A stretch of DNA of 64,000 nt from Candidatus Acidiferrales bacterium. Its GTDB lineage: Bacteria > Acidobacteriota > Terriglobia > Acidiferrales > UBA7541. Made by a program: the position numbers and the translations under genes. Under the pieces are notes generated by a model, which saw only the letters and a list, made by a program, of their open reading frames with translations, was not told the DNA's origin and did no database searches. Below, in pieces: positions 10,019 through 19,067 of the stretch. Position 1 is the stretch's first letter, and each line of letters opens with the position of its first letter. The DNA is taken from NCBI GenBank assembly GCA_036514055.1, contig DATBXX010000008.1:29060-93059 (forward strand), written 5' to 3'.

Positions 10019-11083
10019 ATGACAGTGCCGTCTCGGACGCCTTCGACGGAACAGATGAACGCGCGGAAAGCGTTCTACGATCAGATCGGTAAGCAGCATC
10101 TCGCGCCGCTGTGGGAGCGCGTAAGCGGCCTGGTCACACGCTCGCCGCAGCCGTTAGCCGTTCCGGTGCACTGGAAATACTCCTTGGTGCGCGGACACCT
10201 CCTACATGCAGGATCACTGCTTTCAGCCGAGGAAGCAGAGCGGCGCGTGCTTATTTTTGAAAACCCCGGCCTTCCCGGACAATCGCGAATCACCGGTTCC
10301 CTCTTCAGCGGATTGCAGCTGCTAATGCCCGGAGAAAAAGCTCACGCCCATCGCCATACCGCGAGCGCGCTACGCGTGTTTCTTGAAGGATCAAGCGCCT
10401 ACACGGCGGTTGACGGAGAGCGCACGAAGATGTCGCGCGGCGACTTCGTAATCACCCCGTGCTGGACTTGGCACGATCACGGAAACGACGGCGCCGACCC
10501 CGTAATCTGGCTCGACGGACTGGATGTACCGATCGTCAACCTGTTCGACACTAGCTTCGCCGAAGGAAATGAAACCAGCCAGATTCCCATAGCCCGTCCC
10601 GAGCACGATTCCGAAGCTCGCTATTCGGGAGCACTGCTTCCAGACGGCGGAAGATCTGATTCGCTGTCGTCTCCGCTGTTGAATTATCGCTACAGCCGCG
10701 CCCGGGACAGTCTGGCCCAGATGCAGCGCAACGGACCGGTTGATCCGTGCCACGGTGTCAAGCTGCGTTATGCCAACCCACTTACGGGAGGCTCCGTGAT
10801 GCCGACCATGAGTGCGGCCTTGCAGTTGATCGCCGCCGGATTTCGCACTGCTCCCTACCGGTCAACCGACAGCACCGTGTTCGTGGTGATCGAGGGCAAG
10901 GGACACAGCAAGGTGGGAGATTCGTCCTTCGACTGGACCGAGAACGACGTCTTTGTGACGCCGAGCTGGACGCTGCAGCATCATCGCGCCGAAAGCGAAG
11001 CGGTTCTGTTCAGCTTTTCCGACCGCGCGGCGCAGGAAAAACTCGGAATCTGGCGGGAGCGGCGCGACGCAAGCGCATCCTGA
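10019..11083 (+). CDS. Gentisate 1,2-dioxygenase-like bicupin dioxygenase
   Basis: FYDQIGKQHLAPLWERV, AEEAERRVLIFENPGLPGQ, GEKAHAHRHTASALRVFLEG and WTWHDHGN match the gentisate 1,2-dioxygenase family layout. Confidence 0.8.
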   Translation: MTVPSRTPSTEQMNARKAFYDQIGKQHLAPLWERVSGLVTRSPQPLAVPVHWKYSLVRGHLLHAGSLLSAEEAERRVLIFENPGLPGQSRITGSLFSGLQLLMPGEKAHAHRHTASALRVFLEGSSAYTAVDGERTKMSRGDFVITPCWTWHDHGNDGADPVIWLDGLDVPIVNLFDTSFAEGNETSQIPIARPEHDSEARYSGALLPDGGRSDSLSSPLLNYRYSRARDSLAQMQRNGPVDPCHGVKLRYANPLTGGSVMPTMSAALQLIAAGFRTAPYRSTDSTVFVVIEGKGHSKVGDSSFDWTENDVFVTPSWTLQHHRAESEAVLFSFSDRAAQEKLGIWRERRDASAS

Positions 11084-11125
11084 ATTGCTGCCGGCGACCC
11101 AGGCGCGCGCACAGAGGAAGCAGCA

Positions 11126-12421
11126 ATGATCGAAGGTTCATCCGGAACGCTGCCGATTCGAGTCAGAGTGCGGTCCAAAGCTACTGCGGCGGCACAAGTG
11201 GGAGCTGACATCTGCGTTGTCGGCGCCGGAATTTCCGGCATCTCTGCGGCCATCGAAGCGGCGCGATTGGGCCGCAGTGTTCTTCTGGTGGACGGCCTGC
11301 CAAGCCTGGGAGGCCAGGCGGTCAACTCCATTATCGGCACCTTCTGCGGGCTCTACTCCAACGGGCCGAACGCTCGCCAGCTCACGCACGGAATTGCAGA
11401 TGACATTCTGCGCGAACTTGGCGCAGACGGCGCGGCGCGCCCCATTCGCGGGCCGATGACCATTACCGTCTACTACGACGAAGTTGCGCTGAGCCGGTGG
11501 ATTGAAACCACGGTCCGCGCCGCAGGTATTCGGGTCGTTGTGGGAGCGGTGCTGCGCGAGGTGCGTTTTGAAGACCGCCGGATCAAGGAGCTTTCGCTTG
11601 CCACGCGCTACGGCGATTTGCAAGTAACGGCCACAGGATTTGTGGACGCCACCGGAGACGCGGCACTGCTGTGGCAGGCGGGCCTGCCGTGCCGTCAGCC
11701 CGATGTGCCCATCTACGGAACGCAAATCGTGGTCCTCGAGCATCTGAGGGAAGAACATAAACCGTCACCCAAGGATTACAGCGAGCGCCTGGCCGCGAAA
11801 GCCAAACAGTACGGCCTGGTGCGGCAGGACGGATTCGCGTTTTTCTTTCCCGAGCGCGGCACAGCGGTCGTCAACATGACTCACGTCGAGACGCCGCTTG
11901 ACCCGATTGGCGCGAGCGAAAAGGCTCTCGAGGGCAAAGAACAAGCCGACCGCGTCGTCCAGTTTCTCAAGAAAGAGTTTCCCGACGCATTCGGCCAAGC
12001 CCGCGTTCGCGCCTACGGACTTCCCGGAATTCGCCAGACGCGCTGGATCGTGGGGCGGCATCAGCTCACTGCCGACGAGGTGCGCTCAGGCACTCACTTT
12101 GAGGACGAAATCGCGCGGACCGCATGGCCGATTGAGCTGCACGGCCAGCCCGAGGGCTACCTCTGGGAGCCGTTCAGCGACGATCACCTGCACTATGTTC
12201 CGCTGCGCAGCCTGATTCCCGCGGATGCGGACAATGTGCTGGCGACCGGAAGATGCATCGACGGCGATGCGGCGGCGCTCTCGAGCGTTCGCGTGATGGG
12301 ACCGTGCATCGGCATGGGAGCAGCGGCGGCGCACGCGCTGGATCTCGCCGGCAGCGGTAGCGTGCAACAGGTCGACCTCGGTCTGCTCCGGCGCCGGCTG
12401 GTCCATAATCTCGAGGGTTAA
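11126..12421 (+). CDS. FAD-dependent oxidoreductase (FAD_oxidored-type)
   Basis: Dinucleotide-binding motif ICVVGAGISGISAAIEAARLGRSVLLVDGLPSLGGQ. 431 aa. Tightly packed between the dioxygenase and the MFS gene. Confidence 0.75.
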   Translation: MIEGSSGTLPIRVRVRSKATAAAQVGADICVVGAGISGISAAIEAARLGRSVLLVDGLPSLGGQAVNSIIGTFCGLYSNGPNARQLTHGIADDILRELGADGAARPIRGPMTITVYYDEVALSRWIETTVRAAGIRVVVGAVLREVRFEDRRIKELSLATRYGDLQVTATGFVDATGDAALLWQAGLPCRQPDVPIYGTQIVVLEHLREEHKPSPKDYSERLAAKAKQYGLVRQDGFAFFFPERGTAVVNMTHVETPLDPIGASEKALEGKEQADRVVQFLKKEFPDAFGQARVRAYGLPGIRQTRWIVGRHQLTADEVRSGTHFEDEIARTAWPIELHGQPEGYLWEPFSDDHLHYVPLRSLIPADADNVLATGRCIDGDAAALSSVRVMGPCIGMGAAAAHALDLAGSGSVQQVDLGLLRRRLVHNLEG

Positions 12422-12430
12422 CCAGATCTG

Positions 12431-13831
12431 ATGGCCGAACCCCGTACCACCGACCTGTCGGAGATCATCGAGCAGCAGAAGCTCACTCCGTTCATCGTCC
12501 GCCTGGTGATGCTGTCCTGGATCGTCACTTTTTTCGATGGATTCGATGTCAGCGTGTTGTCGTTCGTCGCGCCGGATTTGTCGGCGACCTTGCATATCAA
12601 CCGCCTGACCCTGGGAAACGTATTCGGCGCAGGGCAAGCCGGCATGGTGCTTGGCGGGTTTCTGTTCGGCTATCTGGGAGACCGGATCGGCCGGCGCCTG
12701 TCTATTATTCTTGCGACCGCATCGTTCGGCGCGCTGTCTTTGGCAATCGCGCTCTCGGGGGGTTATGCGACGCTGCTCGCGCTGCGATTGGTCGAAGGCG
12801 TAGCGATGGGCGGGTTGTTCCCGCTGGCATGGGCACTGAACATTGAGTACGTGCCGCGCCGTTACCGGTCAACGGTCGTGACCTTGATCATGGTCGGATA
12901 CTCCATCGGCAGCAGTTCGGCCGGCCCGATGACGATCCTGTTGACTCCTCACTACGGCTGGAGGTCACTATTCGTGGTCGGTGGATGCGTTGCTATTGTT
13001 GGCACCGCGCTGCTGCTGTTATGGCTGCCCGAATCGCTCAGGTTTCTTACGATCAATAACAAGCGCCCAGACCTGATCGCAACGTATGCTCGCGACCTTG
13101 CGCCCGGCCGGGCGATCAGCGCCGCCGATCGCTTCGTGATTTCCGATGAAGGCCGCTTACCGGGGAAAGAGTTCTCCGTATCAATGCTGTTCCGCAACGA
13201 ACTTCGCTTGATTACTCCGCTGTTGTGGCTTGCCTATACGGCGAGTTCGATGGCCGTCTTTTTTGGATCGTCCTGGGGTCCGACCATTCTGCAAATGGTG
13301 GGGTTTGGTCGATCTACTGCGGCGCTGACTGCATCCCTGAATGTGCTGGCAGGGGCGATCGGCGGGCTGCTCCTGATGCGCTTTGTAGACAGGCGTGGAG
13401 CGACCAGTATTGCGATATTCCCCGCCTTCGCCATTCCCATCCTGCTTGCTTTGGCATTCTCCGGAATTGGCGGACGGGGCTTTCTCGTATTGTACTTCTT
13501 CGGCTCCCTGTGCGTTGTCGGAGCTCACTACGGACTGATGAGCATCGCCGGCGTCTTCTACCCCAGCGCCTATCGCTCCAACGGCACGGGCTGGACCTCT
13601 TCGGTCGGCAAGATCGGATCGATCATCGGGCCGATGCTCGGAGGGGTTGCACTGTCTTCACATATGCCGGTCAAAGGGGTCTTTGCGATGCTCGCGGTTT
13701 GCCCGGTCGTGGTGGCCGCCTGCGTCTTGATGATCGGCCGCCTCCAACGACGCCTGACGCGCTTGGAAGACGCTCAGGGCTGTGCCGCCTCGGGTGCGCT
13801 GCTGTCGAGTGAGGTCCATGCGCACGAATGA
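12431..13831 (+). CDS. MFS transporter (aromatic-acid/H+ symporter-like)
   Basis: Multi-TM protein with the MFS signature G[FY]LGDRIGRR (GYLGDRIGRRLS). Starts 9 nt after the preceding gene. Confidence 0.85.
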   Translation: MAEPRTTDLSEIIEQQKLTPFIVRLVMLSWIVTFFDGFDVSVLSFVAPDLSATLHINRLTLGNVFGAGQAGMVLGGFLFGYLGDRIGRRLSIILATASFGALSLAIALSGGYATLLALRLVEGVAMGGLFPLAWALNIEYVPRRYRSTVVTLIMVGYSIGSSSAGPMTILLTPHYGWRSLFVVGGCVAIVGTALLLLWLPESLRFLTINNKRPDLIATYARDLAPGRAISAADRFVISDEGRLPGKEFSVSMLFRNELRLITPLLWLAYTASSMAVFFGSSWGPTILQMVGFGRSTAALTASLNVLAGAIGGLLLMRFVDRRGATSIAIFPAFAIPILLALAFSGIGGRGFLVLYFFGSLCVVGAHYGLMSIAGVFYPSAYRSNGTGWTSSVGKIGSIIGPMLGGVALSSHMPVKGVFAMLAVCPVVVAACVLMIGRLQRRLTRLEDAQGCAASGALLSSEVHAHE

Positions 13832-13912
13832 GCAATACCAGCTGCGCTTCTCTTCGTTGACACTCGCGGAGGCAGGCAGGTAGCATTCCTCTCGGGGGCG
13901 ATCAGGCGACTC

Positions 13913-14578
13913 ATGCAGATTTTTGATCTTGAAACTTTCCAGGCCACACCGCTCAATCGGGATCCTTATGAACATCTCGTAATTCCGGGGTTTGTCAAAG
14001 CCGAGGCTCTGGAACGAATCAACGCCGATTACCCGAAGATTGAGCATGCCGGTAGTTTCCCGCTAGACCATCTTGAATTCGGTCCCGCGTTCAAGGCTAT
14101 GATCGACGCGCTGGAAGGTGAAGAGTTCCGCAAAGCCTTCGAGGACAAATTCGAGCTCGATCTTTCGAAGCGTCCGACCACAATCACGGTTCGCGGGCGT
14201 AGCGATACGCACGACGGCAAGATTCACCACGACTCGGCCAGCAAGATCATAACCGTGCTGCTTTATGTGAATCCGGCCTGGGACGATTCCGGGGGCCGTT
14301 TGCGCGTGCTTCGCTCGCGCGACAGCATCGAGGATGTCGCCGCCGAAGCGCCCGCTGCCGGCGGCGCCCTGGTCGCGTTCCTGCGCTCCGATCATTCTTG
14401 GCACGGTCATCTCCCATTCGTCGGCGAACGCCGTGTGATTCAATTCAATTGGGTCACCGACAACGACAGCCAGCGATTCGCCATCTTTCGGCACCGCGTT
14501 TCCGCCTCCGTCAAGCAAATGCTCAGCTTCGGCAAGTCCTCCAAGGACCCTCGCCCCATTGCTCCTGAACGCATGTGA
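13913..14578 (+). CDS. 2OG-Fe(II) oxygenase superfamily protein
   Basis: HxD...H ligand pattern (KIHHDSASKI ... SDHSWHGH). The N-terminus YEHLVIPGFV is typical of proline-hydroxylase-like 2OG oxygenases. Confidence 0.65.
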   Translation: MQIFDLETFQATPLNRDPYEHLVIPGFVKAEALERINADYPKIEHAGSFPLDHLEFGPAFKAMIDALEGEEFRKAFEDKFELDLSKRPTTITVRGRSDTHDGKIHHDSASKIITVLLYVNPAWDDSGGRLRVLRSRDSIEDVAAEAPAAGGALVAFLRSDHSWHGHLPFVGERRVIQFNWVTDNDSQRFAIFRHRVSASVKQMLSFGKSSKDPRPIAPERM

Positions 14579-14979
14579 TACACCTTCGCGTAACCGAGAT
14601 TCTGGGACCCATCCTTGTAGGCATTCTGTTCGTTTTCGCCTGTTCGCTGATTCGGGAACCGAACAGACGAAACTTCATGGCCATCATGATCGCCGGTGCA
14701 GGCGCCGCCTACCTGAATGGAGGTCTCGGTAAATGGGAATTCGTCTTTACCACACTGTTGACCTACGTTGCTTATCGAGGGCTGCGTTCCTATAACTTTA
14801 TCGGCTTCGGATGGCTCCTGCATACCGGATGGGATGTCGTGCATCATCTGTACGGAAATCCGATCGTTCCTTTTATTCCAGGGTCGTCTCTGGGATGCGC
14901 AATCTGCGATCCCGTCATCGCTCTATGGTGTTTTATGGGCGCGCCTTCCGTGCACCACTTATTTCGCAAGAAGGCCTAG
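14575..14979 (+). CDS. Small integral membrane protein, unknown function
   Basis: The GTG start overlaps the upstream stop (GTGA). Four hydrophobic segments. 134 aa. Confidence 0.6.
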   Translation: MIHLRVTEILGPILVGILFVFACSLIREPNRRNFMAIMIAGAGAAYLNGGLGKWEFVFTTLLTYVAYRGLRSYNFIGFGWLLHTGWDVVHHLYGNPIVPFIPGSSLGCAICDPVIALWCFMGAPSVHHLFRKKA

Positions 14980-15020
14980 GTCGAGTCGGACCGCACGTGA
15001 ACCGGTCGTGTGAACGCAAA

Positions 15021-15051
15021 AGCGGCTGGCGCCCCTTTGGCGCCAGCCGCT
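15021..15051. terminator. Bidirectional stem-loop terminator between convergent genes
   Basis: Perfect 13-bp stem AGCGGCTGGCGCC/GGCGCCAGCCGCT with a 5-nt loop, flanked by an A-run on one side and TCT on the other. Confidence 0.6.
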
Positions 15052-15078
15052 TCTGTGAACGGGACAGTGAGGTTGCAA

Positions 15079-15486
15079 TTACCGGTGGCCTCCGCCGTGG
15101 AACCCGCCTCCACCGTGAAATCCACCGCCGCCGTGAAACGCGCCGCCACCTCGCGGCGCTACGCCGTGGAATCCGCCGCTAAATCCACGCCCAACTGGAC
15201 CGCGGAAACCAGGGCGCCCGTAGAAGCCAGGACCCGGTCCGAAGCCACGACCATAGAAGCCGTGGAACCACGGACCCGCGCCGATAAAGACGCCTCCGGA
15301 AAAGTAGCTAGGGCCATAGTATCCGTACGGGGCGCAGGCATACGGAGCGTACCCGTAGTAGCCATAGGCGCAGACCGGAGCCGGACCGGCGAAAACCGGA
15401 CCAACCCGAACCGCGACCTGTGCGTTGGCAGCACCGGCCATCACTGCGAAAAGTCCTATCAGAGCCACATACTTTAGGTATCTCAT
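15079..15486 (-). CDS. Small secreted Gly/Tyr/Phe/His-rich low-complexity protein
   Basis: Signal peptide MRYLKYVALIGLFAVMAGAANAQ, then a YGYYGYAPY.../GFYGRGFGPGPGFYGRPGF segment. The tail is GGGAFHGGGGFHGGGGFHGGGHR. A sigma-54 promoter lies about 110 nt upstream. Confidence 0.75.
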   Translation of the reverse strand: MRYLKYVALIGLFAVMAGAANAQVAVRVGPVFAGPAPVCAYGYYGYAPYACAPYGYYGPSYFSGGVFIGAGPWFHGFYGRGFGPGPGFYGRPGFRGPVGRGFSGGFHGVAPRGGGAFHGGGGFHGGGGFHGGGHR

Positions 15487-15596
15487 TGCAAAACCTCCTC
15501 GCCATTCTCGCTATCGCGTTCGATTCGACAGCTGGCATCCAACCTGTCTTGCCCGTTCTCTGCCGCATCGGTGTTGCTGACGCTCACTCGCTATAA

Positions 15597-15612
15597 GGCA
15601 AGGGACGTGCCA
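15597..15612 (-). promoter_or_regulatory. Sigma-54 (-24/-12) promoter
   Basis: The minus strand reads TGGCAC-GTCCC-TTGCC, with exact GG-N10-GC spacing and a perfect TGGCAC and TTGC. It is 111 nt upstream of the ATG at 15486. Confidence 0.75.
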
Positions 15613-16172
15613 AACCTGGTCGATCGCCGCAGGCAGCAAACTCTGTCAAATCATGAACCTACAGAAGGACACCAAAACAGAGGGCCGGGCTGTGCTCGCT
15701 AGCTGGTGGCTGGAATCAACCGAGGTGCTTGAATTCAACCATATCGGGAAAAGGCGCAGGAGGCAGGCCACTCAAGGTCGGCCTTAGCGAGTCAAACGCT
15801 CAAGCCCACCCCGGATTCAGAACCGCAGAGTAAACTTTCGCTCGTTAGGTACTCGAACTTAGAGATTTCCAGCCCGCTTGGAAAAGGTCTGCGGCCTGGG
15901 AAATAACGGCTCGCTTTCAGCAGTCCGGACAGACCGCGCGAGTCGGAATATGCCGAGAGTTTTGCAGCCGATCGAGTTATCAACTTTGTGACAGATTTAC
16001 ACGAGTTGAACGGGAAGGATGATCGCAAAAAATCTGCTCGCTCTATCTCGAGCGTGAGCACACCCAAGGCGCGGGATCGGATTTTAGCGAGGAACGCAGC
16101 CCGGGGGTCGAGTCCCTGAAATTAGCGATTTCGGGGATGAGCCCGGACAAGTCGATCTCGTAACCGAACCGG

Positions 16173-16643
16173 TCATTTTGGTCCGTAGAAGGTTTTGTAA
16201 CACTGTGAAATATCCGCATTGGCCTCGACGATGCATTCACCATACAGGCGTGCCTTGTCGTCTTCATTTAGCTCGTTGATCTTGGTGCCTAGCGCGTCTA
16301 CTTCTGCATCCAGCTTCGCCTTGGCCGCCCTGGCGTGGGCCTCCCAGCAGGCTTTGGCGGCCGCCCCATCAACCTCCGCGTATCCGCCATTCTTGGTGTA
16401 GGTCAAGCGGTCGATGCAGTCGCGTAGCTTGGCAAGCAGAGGGTCATCGGTGGGCTGAGTTGCCCACTCGCGAAGGTCATCATCATCGCTTTTAATTTTT
16501 TCCTGTTGGGCACGGGACTCACGGTAGTGCGCAAGGCCGGCGACTGACCCGACGTAGCCCAATAGGGCCAGCAGCAGCGCCGCAAGGACTGCAAAGAACG
16601 GCCAATGCCTCCGTAGTGTCAGCCTGATCGGGATAGTGTCCAT
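16173..16643 (-). CDS. Membrane-anchored hypothetical protein
   Basis: One N-terminal TM helix (WPFFAVLAALLLALLGYVGSVAGL) followed by a helical, Cys-containing domain. Confidence 0.6.
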   Translation of the reverse strand: MDTIPIRLTLRRHWPFFAVLAALLLALLGYVGSVAGLAHYRESRAQQEKIKSDDDDLREWATQPTDDPLLAKLRDCIDRLTYTKNGGYAEVDGAAAKACWEAHARAAKAKLDAEVDALGTKINELNEDDKARLYGECIVEANADISQCYKTFYGPK

Positions 16644-16661
16644 CGGCGGCAGAATAGCACG

Positions 16662-17048
16662 ATGCCGGTGCGATGTTTGGGTGGCTCAACATCGAGAACG
16701 GGAACCCGCCAAAAGATTTCAAAATGCGGGCAAATGCACGGTCCCGGGCCAGGTGCAGTTGCCGCCCAGCGTCAGCATCGAAACGTATTTTGCCATGGGC
16801 TGATGCCGGATTCGCAGGGCTTCATCTTTGTAGGCCACGAGCCCGGTTATGATTCCCGCTTCTACATCCCGGACACTCACAGCGGCACAGCGCGCCCGCT
16901 GACGCCGGAACGCCATCGCGCCGATACGCGGGTTGCCATATCGCCGGACGGCAACAGATTCGCCGCTCGGGAAATGAGCAGCCGCGCCTGGAAAACGTGC
17001 GAGGTCGACCCAGGGGCGTCTGCGTCCATTAGGCGCTCAGACCTGTAA
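16662..17048 (+). pseudogene. Fragment of a PD40/TolB-like beta-propeller protein
   Basis: MPDSQGFIFVGHEPGYDSRFYIPDTHSGTARPLTPE ... ISPDGNRFAA are PD40-repeat-like strings. Only about 100 aa are present, and there is no credible N-terminus. Confidence 0.4.
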
Positions 17049-17095
17049 CGTTGGCTGCGCGGAAATCGCCATATCTACGGGGCCCGAGTTCGTAG

Positions 17096-18457
17096 ATGGA
17101 GGCTTCGATGAACGCTTCCTTGCGCTGGGTTGCTGCTCCCGGCCCATTCATCTGCGGCCCGGCTGCTGGGCAATATTATGACCCCGGGCCTCCCGACGCT
17201 GCCACGCGGTGGCGTCCCGGCGATCCGGAAATCGTGCGCCTGGATTACGTGGAAGGCGACGTGCGCCTCCGGACAAGCGACAGCAAGAATCAAAAGGCCG
17301 CGAGGCAGTCGTGGGCACAGGCGCAAGCTGGGATCCCGATCGAAGCGCGCTTCATGCTCGTCACTGGTACCGTGCGCGCCGAAGTCGACTTTCAGAATGG
17401 CTCGGTTCTCTTCCTTGCCGACAATTCAGTGCTGGTTTTTGGCGAACTCACCGATTTGAACGGGCCGATAGACACCCAGGTCATATTGGTTACCGGCACG
17501 GCGACCATCGACGTGCAGCCCGCTCGAAGTGAGGTGTTTCGGATCCAGTCGCGCAGCCTGGACGCAATTACCGTGACCTATCCGGACAAAGCCTATCTTC
17601 GCTTAGAGAGCTTCCTGGACGGAACGAAAGTGACCCCGCAGCAGGACACTGGCGCAACCACTAACGGGAATCAGAAGACCCAAGCGCGGGCAGGGCAAAC
17701 AATGACTTACGAGAACGGTAAATTGGTCGATGACGGCGCAACGACCTCTCGTGGTCCCACTGATTGGGACAGGTGGGCGGGAGGTCGTATCGATGCCAGG
17801 CAGAGTGCGATTGCCGCAGCGCTCAAGGCATCAGGACTCTCCTCTCCGATTCCCTCGTTGGCCTATCTCGATGAAAACGGGATTTTCTTCGCCTGCCCGC
17901 CGTATGGAACGTGCTGGCAGCCCAAGGAGCAGGATCCGGAATCTCGACCTCAGAACGCACAAAATTCTGGGAGCTCCATCGAGAAAACCGACTTTTCGTC
18001 TTGCTCCGAGACGAAGGTGATCTCAGCGTTGGATCCTGGAACGAAGCAAGGGATCGAGCATTTCGAAACCACGACTCAGTATTGGGATTGGGCACTTTGC
18101 GGAAGCGGGAGATGGGTCTTCCAAAATGACCGCTACGTTCTGGTTCTGCCCGATGAAAAGCGGAAGGTCGACTGGCAGCGTCATCCATCAGTAGCCTGGG
18201 TCCGGGTGGGAAACACGACGGGATTCGTTCCCAAGGACCCGGGGGACAAAAACGGCCGGCCGCCCATCAATCTGAAGTACGGACTCTTTGTGCCCTCGAA
18301 CGGGCAGGATCAACCGGGCGAGCGAATTTCTGTGAACGCATCGGACAAAGTGACGCTCCTGGCAACCGCTCCTGAGGGATTTCGCGAGCTCGCGTCGTAT
18401 TTTCCGCCGTCGCAACCACCCAAGATCAACGCGGAGGTGCTGAGGGGCACTCCGTAA
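17096..18457 (+). CDS. Hypothetical protein with FecR-like beta-rich N-domain
   Basis: VRLDYVEGDVRLRTSD...GTVRAEVDFQNGSVLFLADNSVLVF resembles the N-domains of the 29098 and 31429 proteins. No clear signal peptide at the annotated start. Confidence 0.6.
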   Translation: MEASMNASLRWVAAPGPFICGPAAGQYYDPGPPDAATRWRPGDPEIVRLDYVEGDVRLRTSDSKNQKAARQSWAQAQAGIPIEARFMLVTGTVRAEVDFQNGSVLFLADNSVLVFGELTDLNGPIDTQVILVTGTATIDVQPARSEVFRIQSRSLDAITVTYPDKAYLRLESFLDGTKVTPQQDTGATTNGNQKTQARAGQTMTYENGKLVDDGATTSRGPTDWDRWAGGRIDARQSAIAAALKASGLSSPIPSLAYLDENGIFFACPPYGTCWQPKEQDPESRPQNAQNSGSSIEKTDFSSCSETKVISALDPGTKQGIEHFETTTQYWDWALCGSGRWVFQNDRYVLVLPDEKRKVDWQRHPSVAWVRVGNTTGFVPKDPGDKNGRPPINLKYGLFVPSNGQDQPGERISVNASDKVTLLATAPEGFRELASYFPPSQPPKINAEVLRGTP

Positions 18458-18488
18458 TTCAGCCCAATTGACAGCAAGAGAGAAGGGC

Positions 18489-18540
18489 TGATGCGCCCGC
18501 GGTGATTCGAACACCGGACCTCCTGGTACTTAACCAGAGG
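18489..18540 (-). repeat. Non-functional 3' fragment of tRNA-Arg (att-like direct repeat)
   Basis: 18492-18521 is identical to 22613-22642 (30 nt). The similarity continues, with mismatches, through the anticodon stem. The anticodon triplet reads AAG, there is no 5' half, and the terminal ACCA reads ATCA. Confidence 0.75.
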
Positions 18541-18565
18541 ATCTGTGCTTGTATCACATTGCTAA

Positions 18566-18841
18566 CTATGGTGGATAACGATAAATAGGGTGCTTCATCG
18601 TATGAAATTCCGAACCGGTCTCGACGGTGATCCACTGAACCCAGTTCTGGTAGCCATTCATAAACATCCGAACGGCGTGTTTCCCCGGCTTCAGTCTCAC
18701 CGTCGTCGGCGTGAAACCGACATCAGCATCATCTATGTTCAGGTTGGCTCCCGTTGGTTCTGACGTGAGGTAAACCGACGTTTCTGGAGAACTCGGGGAT
18801 GCGTTTTGTGGGCGGGCGTTCGACGGAGCCACTGCCGCCAA
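18566..18841 (-). CDS. PEGA domain protein (start uncertain)
   Basis: SVYLTSEPTGANLNIDDADVGFTPTTVRLKPGKHAVRMFMNGYQNW is PEGA-like. The annotated start is a TTG. The in-frame upstream sequence reads ATG-TAG followed by a signal peptide. Confidence 0.55.
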   Translation of the reverse strand: MAAVAPSNARPQNASPSSPETSVYLTSEPTGANLNIDDADVGFTPTTVRLKPGKHAVRMFMNGYQNWVQWITVETGSEFHTMKHPIYRYPP

Positions 18842-19067
18842 GACGAAGAGCGCGGCCCAAGCAAGGAATCTTAACTACATTGGTCTGTTTCGACTCATTT
18901 CTGCACCCTCGCAAAGAAGACGCTAACGGATCTATGCGCGGCAGGATAGCACGCAACGCGGAAATATCGTCATGGACCAAGTGCGCAGAGCCAAACAACT
19001 ATGAGAACAATCTGACACGGATTCCTGCGAATCATTCGGTCATTCGAGTGGACCTGGTAGCGGGAAT

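Noticed and set aside
15613-16172. A roughly 560-nt stretch without credible genes (ORFs 15792-16067 and 16043-16267), including a T-arm-like string GGGGGTCGAGTCCCT near 16095. I considered a tmRNA, tRNA or other ncRNA.
   Set aside because: No acceptor stem or other tRNA/tmRNA elements can be built around the string. Part of the stretch is explained as the enhancer/promoter region of the sigma-54-driven gene. The remainder stays unexplained, but there is no positive evidence for an RNA gene.
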